DNA from: Acidobacteriaceae bacterium
GTDB lineage: Bacteria; Acidobacteriota; Terriglobia; Terriglobales; Acidobacteriaceae
Assembly (NCBI GenBank): GCA_036376445.1
Contig: DASVAI010000298.1
Location: forward strand, 1 to 38,657
Direction of reading: 5' to 3'
DNA: 38,657 nucleotides
Positions 16,172 through 25,049 of the stretch are shown one piece after another (the stretch's first letter is position 1; each line of letters starts with the position of its first letter). The notes under the pieces are model-generated. The model saw nothing but the letters and a program-made list of their open reading frames with translations, had not been told where the DNA came from and made no database searches. The position numbers and the translations under genes are program-made.

Positions 16172-17164
16172 ATGCAAGCATTGGTTTGGGCGGATGAGCC
16201 TATGCATGCCCAGGAATCTACGAACGGTATTCGCGTATCGATTGCCACGGATGCCGATGATCATGCGGCCAATTTGACTGGCTGGAAGCAGGCCTATGAC
16301 CAACTGGCGCCTGGTCGATTTCGAGGGACGCTGCGCGAGCTGTGGCTAGGCCCAGAGATGCAGATCTTCGAAGAAACAACCAGCCATGCAGTGCGGCAAA
16401 GCTGCGAAGTGTGGCCGGGATCCGTTTGGTTCGGAATTCCGGTGACTGGCGGCCCTCCGGGCCGGATTGGCTTGCGGGCTCTGGATATGAGCGATATTGC
16501 ATTGCGTCCAGGCGGGGTGAAATTTGAGCTGCTCACGCCATCTTCTTTTCGTATCTTTGGGCTGGTGGTCGAGAAGCAACTCCTGCTGAATTATGTTGCA
16601 GAGACGCAACGTAGCGAGCTGTCTCCGTCCGTCTTGGATTGTGAGATTCTCCATAGTTGCCGCGCGGAGCGCAGCCGGTTGGAGGCGATCCTGCTCTCGC
16701 TGTTTCAGCATCGCGGCGTGTGGATCAACTGCGAACAGGCCCGTGATGCACTGAGGGATGAACTGCTGGGCCTGATCACGTCCAACTGTATGGCGGGGAT
16801 AGCCCCTGATTTTCCTTCGCTCACGTACACAGGGCGATATCGCCTCGTGCATCGAGTTCGCGATTTTGCGCTGGCGCATAAGGATGAATCCGTTTCCATT
16901 CCTCAGCTTTGCCAGACCTTCCATGTGAGTCGCCGCACCTTGCAGTATGCATTTCAGGATGTATGCGGAATCAGTCCCAGCGCTTATCTGCGCACACTGC
17001 GGCTCAATGGGGTCAGGCGGGCACTGCGCGCGCCGCAGCATCCCTCTGCCGAGGTGCAGGACCTTGCCGCCCAATGGGGTTTCTGGAATCCCAGCCAGTT
17101 CGCCTGTGATTACAAAAGGCTTTTCGGCGAGAGGCCCTCTGACACCCTGGTCCGGCCCCACTGA
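16172..17164 (+). CDS. AraC-family transcriptional regulator, EutR-like
   Basis: N-terminal DADDHAANLTGWKQAYDQLAPGRFRG; C-terminal VSRRTLQYAF...SPSAYLR..RL...AAQWGF...QFACDYKRLFGERPS; divergent from eat. Start is 16172 or 16202. Confidence 0.88.
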   Translation: MQALVWADEPMHAQESTNGIRVSIATDADDHAANLTGWKQAYDQLAPGRFRGTLRELWLGPEMQIFEETTSHAVRQSCEVWPGSVWFGIPVTGGPPGRIGLRALDMSDIALRPGGVKFELLTPSSFRIFGLVVEKQLLLNYVAETQRSELSPSVLDCEILHSCRAERSRLEAILLSLFQHRGVWINCEQARDALRDELLGLITSNCMAGIAPDFPSLTYTGRYRLVHRVRDFALAHKDESVSIPQLCQTFHVSRRTLQYAFQDVCGISPSAYLRTLRLNGVRRALRAPQHPSAEVQDLAAQWGFWNPSQFACDYKRLFGERPSDTLVRPH

Positions 17165-17437
17165 CTCCGCTCCTTTTGCCGAATCTCGATAACGGCAATT
17201 CGGACTGAACCGCTATGTTTCATCCAGAAAGGCCTCACACCGAGGCGGGACCTCCACGACACGTGGCCAGGCAGGCTGCTGCTGGAACTGTCTCCGGACC
17301 TCAGTTCCACTTCTGAATGCCAGCTAAGTTTCTACGCGGATGACCCGGCTGCGATGGCGAGGCCGACAACGCGACGGTTTGTGCAGGACGGCACAAATAG
17401 ACACAGGCGTGGTTTCATTTTTGCGGAGGAAGCTGGT

Positions 17438-20400
17438 ATGTCACATAACTCGGGGTTGATCCGCTTGCATATGTTGCGGGTGATTGCGCTTCTTGCTGGA
17501 TTGCTCATCGCCGGATTTTTACCATCAGCAACCTACGCGCAGTCCATCCAGGGAAGTATCATCGGGACGGTTCGCGACTCGGCCGGGGCTGTGCTTCCCG
17601 GCGCGACCGTTACGCTGACCAACATAGGGGACGGCGCGACGCGCAGCGCGGTCACCGATGCTTCCGGAAACTATGAATTCATTGACTCGAAGGCCGGGCA
17701 GTATTCAGTCCAGGTAACGGCGAATGGGTTTCAGAAATGGTCCGCAACCGACTTAGCCCTGGCTGCGCGCCAGCAATTGCGCGTGGATGCAGCGCTGCCC
17801 GTAGGGAGCGTCCAGCAGCAGGTGAACGTCTCCGGCGAAACACTGAGCGCGATCAATACCGAGAACCCGACGATCAGCGGGGTCTATAACGCGGCCGACG
17901 TTGCGAATCTACCGGTAAACACCCGCGCCAGTGAGAATGGAACCAGCGCGCTCAACATTATCGGTACGTTGCCCGGCGTGCAAGCCGATCACGGGAGCTT
18001 TTCACTGCAGGGCGGACTTCCCTTCCAGACTGAGGTTTCAGTAGATGGCATTACAGTCCAGGGCGCAAACAGCAACTCTCCAATTGCGGATGCGTTCCCA
18101 TCGAGCGAATCCATCTCCGAGCTGAGGACTGACGGCGCTCTCAATAATGCAGAGTTCGGACAGCCGGGTGAGGTCACCGTCGTTAGCAAGGCAGGCACCA
18201 ACACGATCCACGGCTCCGCATTCTGGTATCACCAGAACGCGGCGTTTGATGCAATCCCCTACACATACCCGACAACTACCTCGAAACCCAAGCTGGTTGC
18301 AAATACCTACGGCGGTAGCTTCGGCGGTCCCGTGGTGATCCCTCACTTCTACAACGGGCACAACCGGACATTTATCTTCGGCGCCTACGAGGGTTGGCGG
18401 CATCCTTCGCAGGATACAAAGGCCTACAAGGTGCCCAGCGTTCTGATGAAGCAGGGCGACTTTTCGAGATATGCGTCAGAAGGCTTCACCGGTCTCACAA
18501 ATCCATTCACCGGCGGGAGCTATGGTACCAAGCTGCCTACGATCAACGCGGCAGCGCAGAAGATGCTGCAGTTCTATCCCAATCCGAATGTCGGCGACCC
18601 GAATGCTTACACCGACGATGATGTGGCGAACTATATTGTGAACAAGGATTCCAGCGGCCACTCTGATCAATTTGACATACGCGCGGACCAATACTTTGGT
18701 TCGAATCAGAAGTTCCTGCTGTGGGGCAGGTTCACCTGGAAGAACTTTCCTATCAATTTCCCGGAGCCGCTCGCGGTTCCTTCGGCGCAAGACTCGAATC
18801 AGTCGCGAGTTCTCAAGATCAGCGCGAATTACACACTTACGCCGCACGTGATCAACGAATTCGGATTTGGATTTACCCGCTACACGAGCGGCAGAACGAA
18901 CAGTTTCGACGGAAAGACTTTTACGGAAGGCCTGGGGCTGAACGGGCTGCAGAACCTCTTTTACAACGGCATTCCGGAGGTCGACTTCAATAACGTCAGC
19001 AGCCTGGACGCTGATCGCCTGAGTTCTCTCACCAAATCCAACACCTACGTTTACACCGACGCGCTGAGTTGGTCGCTGGGAGCGCATCAGCTTCGCTTCG
19101 GGCTGGACATCCGCACGTTGGAGGCGATCACGCCGCTGGGCTTCAACGGCTCCGATAACTACGGCACCTTTCAATACAACACCAGCAACAGTTCCGGCCT
19201 GTTCACCGGGGTCGATTTCGCGGACTTTCTCCTCGGTCTTCCCTATCAGACGTTCTATGACGTGGTGCAGGAAGACAACGATGGCAAGTCGACCCACTAT
19301 CACTTCTTCGGCCAGGACCAGTGGAAGGCGACGCCAAATCTGACTTTAAGCTACGGACTTCGTTACGAATTGCATCCCGGCTACTATGACGTCCACGGAG
19401 ACATTGGCAACTTTAATCCGGCAATCGCCAGGTCCGGGTCCGTCATCTATCCGGACGGCGCAGCGAAGCTGTTGGCGACCAGCTTTCTCGCCAGTGCGAA
19501 TGCCTGCACGCCCTACGGCACCACGTCAGGCGGCTCGGTCATCAACGGCTCACCCTGCATGCCTGTGCTCACCAACAGCCAGGCCAACTTTCCTTCGGGA
19601 CTGAAGCACTACCCCAAGCTGCGCTTTATGCCGCGACTCGGATTCGCGTGGCGGCCGTTCGGCGACGATAAGACGGCAGTGCGCGGCGGCTTTGGCATGT
19701 ACAACATCACGGTGCTCGGCGGAAACTTCTATTCGCTCACCGGCACACTGCAAGCCCAGACCACGCAGTACACCAATACGCTCAATACCAATACGCATAC
19801 GATCGGCTACCAATGGCCGAATATCTATGCGGGTGCCGGCAATGGCGGCTGCTCTACATGCTACGGACAGGATTATTTTGGCACCGCAAACAGCACGAAT
19901 TGGAAGGATCCCTACACCGAGCAGTGGTCGCTCAGCGTGGACCGTTCTATCGGCACCGGCTACGCCGCGCGGCTTTCCTACATCGGCTCTGTCACACATC
20001 AGCTTGTCTGGGCTCCGGACGAGAACACTCTTCCCTTCTCCAACACTGTCTCGGCTGCCGATCAGCCCTTCAGCGCGCGACTCTTTCCGAACTGGGGTCG
20101 CATCAACACGCGCGCCACGGGCGCCAATTCAAACTATCACTCGCTGCAGGTCGAGGGCCTGCGGCGCTTCCAGAGCGGCTTCGAGTTTGACTCCACCTAT
20201 ACCTTCGCCAAAGCGCTCGCGGATAACCAGGGCCCGGCGAACAATGGGGGATTCGCCGGAGAGACCGGAGGCAGTCGCGCAACATCGATCCTCGCCCGTT
20301 ATGTTGATTACGGCAATGTGTACGGGACGCGGCGTCACCGCTGGAACACCACCATGGTTTACGATCTGCCATTTGGTCATGGACGCCAGTTTGGCTCATC

Positions 20401-20995
20401 TATATCGCGAGTCGCCGATCTCGTCGCAGGTGGATGGCGGCTTTCAAACATCTTCCTCTGGCAGTCTGGCCCCTTCGAGTCACCGTACTTTCCAGACGGC
20501 CAGGGCGATCCTTCGGGCACAGGCTCGGGTCTCGACGGCACCAATACTGGCTTCGACGGCGGGCACCGCAATCAGTATCCCGATCGCGTGAATAGCGTCT
20601 CCCTGAATCCGGCACACCGCGGACGTCTGAATTGGGTCAATGCTACAGCTTTCACCTGCCCTGGCGATCCTGGATGGCAGCCCGGAAATGCCTGCACAAC
20701 CGGCAGCGGTTCCGGGTCACCTCCGCCGATCGGGCGCTTCGGCAACGCTCGCGTTGGGTCTATCGTCGCACCGGGAACGGTCAATCTCTCATCCGGAGTG
20801 AGCAAGGTTTTCCGGATTACCGAACGTGTGCAGTTCCGAGCAGAGGGAACATTTACAAACGTTCTCAACCACACCAACCTGGGCGATCCGAATGTCAACA
20901 TCAGCTCGCCGAGCTTCGGCTTTATCACAGACACGATCGGATCTGATTTTGGCGGTGCACGTACAGGTCAGGTATCGATGCGATTGGATTTCTAA
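17438..20995 (+). CDS. TonB-dependent receptor with N-terminal carboxypeptidase-regulatory-like domain
   Basis: Signal peptide to YA-Q, GSIIGTVRDSAGAVLPGATVTL, KAGTNTIHGSAF, QDQWKATPNLTLSYGLRYE, PRLGFAWRP, RAEGTFTNVLNHTN and a terminal Phe; GGAGG RBS before ATG 17438. Confidence 0.92.
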   Translation: MSHNSGLIRLHMLRVIALLAGLLIAGFLPSATYAQSIQGSIIGTVRDSAGAVLPGATVTLTNIGDGATRSAVTDASGNYEFIDSKAGQYSVQVTANGFQKWSATDLALAARQQLRVDAALPVGSVQQQVNVSGETLSAINTENPTISGVYNAADVANLPVNTRASENGTSALNIIGTLPGVQADHGSFSLQGGLPFQTEVSVDGITVQGANSNSPIADAFPSSESISELRTDGALNNAEFGQPGEVTVVSKAGTNTIHGSAFWYHQNAAFDAIPYTYPTTTSKPKLVANTYGGSFGGPVVIPHFYNGHNRTFIFGAYEGWRHPSQDTKAYKVPSVLMKQGDFSRYASEGFTGLTNPFTGGSYGTKLPTINAAAQKMLQFYPNPNVGDPNAYTDDDVANYIVNKDSSGHSDQFDIRADQYFGSNQKFLLWGRFTWKNFPINFPEPLAVPSAQDSNQSRVLKISANYTLTPHVINEFGFGFTRYTSGRTNSFDGKTFTEGLGLNGLQNLFYNGIPEVDFNNVSSLDADRLSSLTKSNTYVYTDALSWSLGAHQLRFGLDIRTLEAITPLGFNGSDNYGTFQYNTSNSSGLFTGVDFADFLLGLPYQTFYDVVQEDNDGKSTHYHFFGQDQWKATPNLTLSYGLRYELHPGYYDVHGDIGNFNPAIARSGSVIYPDGAAKLLATSFLASANACTPYGTTSGGSVINGSPCMPVLTNSQANFPSGLKHYPKLRFMPRLGFAWRPFGDDKTAVRGGFGMYNITVLGGNFYSLTGTLQAQTTQYTNTLNTNTHTIGYQWPNIYAGAGNGGCSTCYGQDYFGTANSTNWKDPYTEQWSLSVDRSIGTGYAARLSYIGSVTHQLVWAPDENTLPFSNTVSAADQPFSARLFPNWGRINTRATGANSNYHSLQVEGLRRFQSGFEFDSTYTFAKALADNQGPANNGGFAGETGGSRATSILARYVDYGNVYGTRRHRWNTTMVYDLPFGHGRQFGSSISRVADLVAGGWRLSNIFLWQSGPFESPYFPDGQGDPSGTGSGLDGTNTGFDGGHRNQYPDRVNSVSLNPAHRGRLNWVNATAFTCPGDPGWQPGNACTTGSGSGSPPPIGRFGNARVGSIVAPGTVNLSSGVSKVFRITERVQFRAEGTFTNVLNHTNLGDPNVNISSPSFGFITDTIGSDFGGARTGQVSMRLDF

Positions 20996-21015
20996 GCTTC
21001 GCGACGGCCCGGAGC

Positions 21016-21657
21016 TCATTCACCCACTTCGATGATGCCGCGATGGATCGCAGTCGTGGCAGCTTCGGTGCGGTCGGAGACTTCGAGTTTTTCGATGATG
21101 CTGTTGACGTGATTGCGTACCGTGTTGTCGCTGATGCCGAGTATCCGGCCGATTTCTTTGTTGGTCAGGCCCTTGGCCAGCAGCTTGAGTATTTCGAGTT
21201 CGCGCGCGGAAAGGTCGGTGCGCATCATGCGTTCGGCAAGGCGAGTCGCGATGTGGCCGGGAACATACCGCTTTCCCGAATGAACGGTCGCGATGGCTTC
21301 CACCATCCTTTTGAGCGAGGTGTCTTTCAAAAGATAACCCTGTGCTCCGGCCTGGAAGGCACGATAGATATCCTCGTCGGTCTCAAAACTGGTAAGCACG
21401 ATCGCTCGCGCGCGGCTGCGCGAACGCGCCATGGCGTGCAGCGTATCGATACCGCTCATGCCCGGCATTCTGAGATCGAGCAGCAGCACGTCGGGATCGC
21501 GTGTGCGCATCGTCTCCATCGCCTCTTCGCCGCTGGATGACGCGCCGAGCACTTCAAGGTCCGGCTGTGTGCCGAGCATGCTGGTCAATCCGGCGCGCAC
21601 CACGGGGTGGTCGTCCACGATGAGGACCTTAATGGGAGACTTTGAATGGTGTGACAT
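21016..21657 (-). CDS. NarL/LuxR-family DNA-binding response regulator
   Basis: VDDHPVVR, phospho-acceptor DLRMPG, GYLLK and HTH LSARELEIL...TNKEIG...TVRNHV. Confidence 0.95.
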   Translation of the reverse strand: MSHHSKSPIKVLIVDDHPVVRAGLTSMLGTQPDLEVLGASSSGEEAMETMRTRDPDVLLLDLRMPGMSGIDTLHAMARSRSRARAIVLTSFETDEDIYRAFQAGAQGYLLKDTSLKRMVEAIATVHSGKRYVPGHIATRLAERMMRTDLSARELEILKLLAKGLTNKEIGRILGISDNTVRNHVNSIIEKLEVSDRTEAATTAIHRGIIEVGE

Positions 21658-23815
21658 GACGGCGAGACTCCTTGAGATAACTGATCAGGATTTTCGGCCA
21701 GGAAGACCACGTGACCGGCGGCGGAATAGCGGCGGTGACACAAATGGACGTTCCCTGTCCAGGTGTGCTGGTCATTTCGAATTGTGCTGCAATCCGGTCG
21801 GCGCGCTTTCGCATTCCGGGCACGCCGAAGCCATGCATCTCTCCTCCGGGCGTGAAGCCATAGCCATCATCCCGGATGCCCAGCCTCACGATGTCCTTCG
21901 TATATTCGAGTGAGAGGGTGATGGTGGATGGATGGGCATGCTGGATTGCATTGGCGATGGCTTCCTGGCCGATGCGATAGAGCGTGCAGGAGATGCGCGG
22001 CGGCACACTGCGCGTTTCGCCATGCGAGGCGGTCCGTACCTGCACTGCCCCGCCTTCCGCCATGCGCTGCACGCACGCGCTCAAGCCGGCGAGCAGGTCT
22101 TCGGATTCGAGACCATCCGGGCGAAGCGTTGTGATACTGCGACGAGCCTCGATGTGGCTGTGATGCACGAGATCGCTGGCGAGATCAAGCTGCTGGTGTG
22201 TGGCGCGCATTTCACCGGGAATGCCGCTGCGGATGGCCTCGAGCTGAAAACCAATACCTGCGAAACTCTGCGCGAGCGTGTCGTGAATCTCATGTGCCAT
22301 GCGCTCGCGCTCTTCCAGCACCGCTCGCAGGCGCCAGCGCTCGACGCGTCCGTAGAGTAAATTGCCGGCAAGCGTGAGCAGCAGCAATGCGAACGCCGCG
22401 GCGATCAGATGGCGCGCGCTCCACCACGGCGGTCCTGCGAGCACATCGACGTCATCGGCTGAACGCAGGAGCAGGACAAAGGGCGTTGCGTTTCTGGTGA
22501 ATGCGGGGTCCACAATGATGACGCCGCGCATGCGCAGCAGGCTGTTGAGCTTGAGCTTGTTGAACAAGTAGTCTGCGCGACCGCGGGTCATGATCGCACC
22601 AAAAGACTGAGGCCCGGCATCGAAGGTGAAGACCAGAGTATTCCCCGGGCCGTAGGCCTTGCTGCGCAGACGTCCTTCGACTTCCACAAACATTGCATCA
22701 AACGCGCCGGTTGCCGCTTGAGAAGCGGAGACCATCACCGGCGGCACTGGTGTGCCCTCCCACAGCACGCGAACCTTTGCGTGCTCCAGCGTGGAACTGA
22801 AGTCGTTCTGCCGCACTGATCCGCTGACTTCAACCTGATCGCCGAGTTTGAGCAGAGGCGAAGATGCCGGCTGCGGAACCGAGACTCCGCCGGTGGAATC
22901 CTGCACGATCAACGGCGCAGTCAGCACAACACTGCCACGTATCGTTGCGATGGCTGGCGCTGCAGAACTGGTGAGCCGCAGGCTGCTGATGGATTGAGTA
23001 TGAGAGCTTGCGTGGAAGGTGAAGGTATCGGAGCGGGGAGCAGGAGGTGAAAATTGCTGTGTCGCCCCGGCTGCGCTTGCTGGTCGTGGATCGACTGCGG
23101 AACGATTGGTTGCATCCCGCTCGGCTACCATGGCGGCAAGGTCCTGCCGGTTTGCTTGACGGATCACGACGTTGCGCCATAGGCCGCCGGATGCATAGGA
23201 GCGCAGGCCGGCGCGACCGGCACGGATGCAATCGGGATCAGAGACAGTAGAAACGGTGACAGCCGCGGGATTCGAAGGAAGTGTAACGGCCGCTGCGATC
23301 TGACAGTCATACGCCACTAGTTTCAGGTGATACCAGCGAAGCGCGACTATGTGACCAGCCGCCGGATCCAACGGGGTTAATGCTTCCGTCCAGCCATACT
23401 CCGCGCGGCCGAGTACCAGGTTATTGTCGTAGCTTCTGAGGCCGGCGTAATAGCCGTAGTACGCGTCCACGCCTTCTTCTTCGTCGCTGGAGCGGAGGAT
23501 GAGACCGGCGTCTCCACCGCCGCCCAGAAGCATCAGGTCCGCCTCAATCGAATAGTTGTTCCAATGAGGCGAGCCGGTCAGTAATTTGGCGCCGCGATCA
23601 TCGGAGCTATTGCGAAGGCTGTCGCCGCTTACCTCCCAAGTCCCGCCAAATGCCTGCCAATCGTCAGCGTGCTTCTGCGCAAATGCATCTCTTTCCGGCA
23701 ATCCTCTTGTCGGGCTGATCAGATATGCGCGAATGCCGAGTGCCGCGGCTATGGCAAGAGCACCTGCAATAAGTGCGATGAGCGTGCGGCGACGGTCCAT
23801 GTGGAGGATGTTCAA
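21629..23815 (-). CDS. Membrane sensor histidine kinase (HisKA_3) with an extracytoplasmic DUF1080-like beta-sandwich and OB-fold-like region
   Basis: H-box ERERMAHEIHDTLAQ, N-box EAIANAIQHA and DDGYGF; two TM segments; the periplasmic part has W..FGGTWEV...W.NYSIEADL...DAGLILR...WYHLKL. Start is 23815 (TTG) or 23800. Confidence 0.88.
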   Translation of the reverse strand: MNILHMDRRRTLIALIAGALAIAAALGIRAYLISPTRGLPERDAFAQKHADDWQAFGGTWEVSGDSLRNSSDDRGAKLLTGSPHWNNYSIEADLMLLGGGGDAGLILRSSDEEEGVDAYYGYYAGLRSYDNNLVLGRAEYGWTEALTPLDPAAGHIVALRWYHLKLVAYDCQIAAAVTLPSNPAAVTVSTVSDPDCIRAGRAGLRSYASGGLWRNVVIRQANRQDLAAMVAERDATNRSAVDPRPASAAGATQQFSPPAPRSDTFTFHASSHTQSISSLRLTSSAAPAIATIRGSVVLTAPLIVQDSTGGVSVPQPASSPLLKLGDQVEVSGSVRQNDFSSTLEHAKVRVLWEGTPVPPVMVSASQAATGAFDAMFVEVEGRLRSKAYGPGNTLVFTFDAGPQSFGAIMTRGRADYLFNKLKLNSLLRMRGVIIVDPAFTRNATPFVLLLRSADDVDVLAGPPWWSARHLIAAAFALLLLTLAGNLLYGRVERWRLRAVLEERERMAHEIHDTLAQSFAGIGFQLEAIRSGIPGEMRATHQQLDLASDLVHHSHIEARRSITTLRPDGLESEDLLAGLSACVQRMAEGGAVQVRTASHGETRSVPPRISCTLYRIGQEAIANAIQHAHPSTITLSLEYTKDIVRLGIRDDGYGFTPGGEMHGFGVPGMRKRADRIAAQFEMTSTPGQGTSICVTAAIPPPVTWSSWPKILISYLKESRRHVTPFKVSH

Positions 23816-24813
23816 CTTCTACCCCAATTCCTGTGTGGCCCGGGCCGGAAGTCAGTGGAGCTCCATTGCCGCACCTGTGCCGAGCGCACATTCTCCCGCG
23901 TCACCAGCATCGGCTCCATTTCAATTCGCGACGGCACGGTCTTCCCTGCCTGAAGGTCGCGGATGATGTTGATCGCGCAGGCGCCCATCCCCGGCATATT
24001 TTCAAGAACCAGGGAATCCAGATTGGGAGAGTTGAACTCAACCGGGTCGGGATCGAAGCCGACCACTTTGATGCCGCTGTACTCCGGATTGCTGCCGATG
24101 GTCGAGAGCACCCCCTCGGTTGTGGAGGCGCTCAAGGTGAGAATGGAATCGAGATGCGGCGCCGCTTTCAGCGTCTCTTCTGCTACCTGCTGCTCATGCG
24201 GCACATTGAATGAGCCGACTCGCTTGTCGATGACGTGGATGTCTGGATAAGACTGAACAAGCAGCGCCTCAAAGCTGCGCGCGCGCCGAAGTATTCCCGC
24301 GATATCGGGATTGATTCCGAGAATCGCGACCGTCCCTTTGCCATGCAGAATCGCGGCAACACGGCGCGCGGCGATCCGGCCTGCTTCCTCTTCATCATTC
24401 AGAACATAGACCAGCTTGCCGGACGGCGGAGTCAGCAGCGGGGACCCGAGGATGACCACGGGAATGCCGTGGGCGACGGCTCGCCGAACAGGGGTGATAA
24501 GCGCCAGTGACTGGTCAGGGGCGATCACGATGCCCTGCAATCCGCCTCGGGCGACAAGACGATCGATGAGCGCGATCTGCCCGCCTACATCATCCTGGCG
24601 CGTCGGTGCATTCCAGTAAATTCGGATTCCGTCCGTGTAGCCCGCAGCTTCGACCCCGGTGTGAAGCGACTCCCAGACAATTCTTCCCGTGGTGCGTGGG
24701 ATGACAGCGATGCGGTCGTGCGTTTGTCTGTAGCATCCACAAATGAGAATGCACGGGAACGCCATCGGCAGTAGCCACCGATAGATCCGTCCGCGAACTC
24801 GCCGTTTGAGCAT
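23812..24813 (-). CDS. Periplasmic sugar-binding protein (RbsB-like class I), possibly a lipoprotein
   Basis: IAVIP...W..LH.G...A, GIVIAP, GIPVV, KVVGFD and MG..A...P.LVTREN; lipobox-like ICGC; overlaps the kinase start. ATG 24813 chosen as the start. Confidence 0.85.
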   Translation of the reverse strand: MLKRRVRGRIYRWLLPMAFPCILICGCYRQTHDRIAVIPRTTGRIVWESLHTGVEAAGYTDGIRIYWNAPTRQDDVGGQIALIDRLVARGGLQGIVIAPDQSLALITPVRRAVAHGIPVVILGSPLLTPPSGKLVYVLNDEEEAGRIAARRVAAILHGKGTVAILGINPDIAGILRRARSFEALLVQSYPDIHVIDKRVGSFNVPHEQQVAEETLKAAPHLDSILTLSASTTEGVLSTIGSNPEYSGIKVVGFDPDPVEFNSPNLDSLVLENMPGMGACAINIIRDLQAGKTVPSRIEMEPMLVTRENVRSAQVRQWSSTDFRPGPHRNWGRS

Positions 24814-25049
24814 GAGTGTTGCGCCTGAGTCTACGGTCTTGATTCTCTGCTCACAAGCCTTTGACCGGGGTGGTGGTCCATTTGGACTACTCGACGAGTA
24901 GTCGCATCGGCTCATGCATAAGCCGATCACGGTCGGTAGTCTCGCTTCGGTTGTTTATCCGAGATCCCCGCTGCGCGCTTTCAAGACGCAGACGGAAAAA
25001 TATGGCCTTTTCACCCACGGGCCGGTTGTGTACGTTTCTGGAGGCAAAA

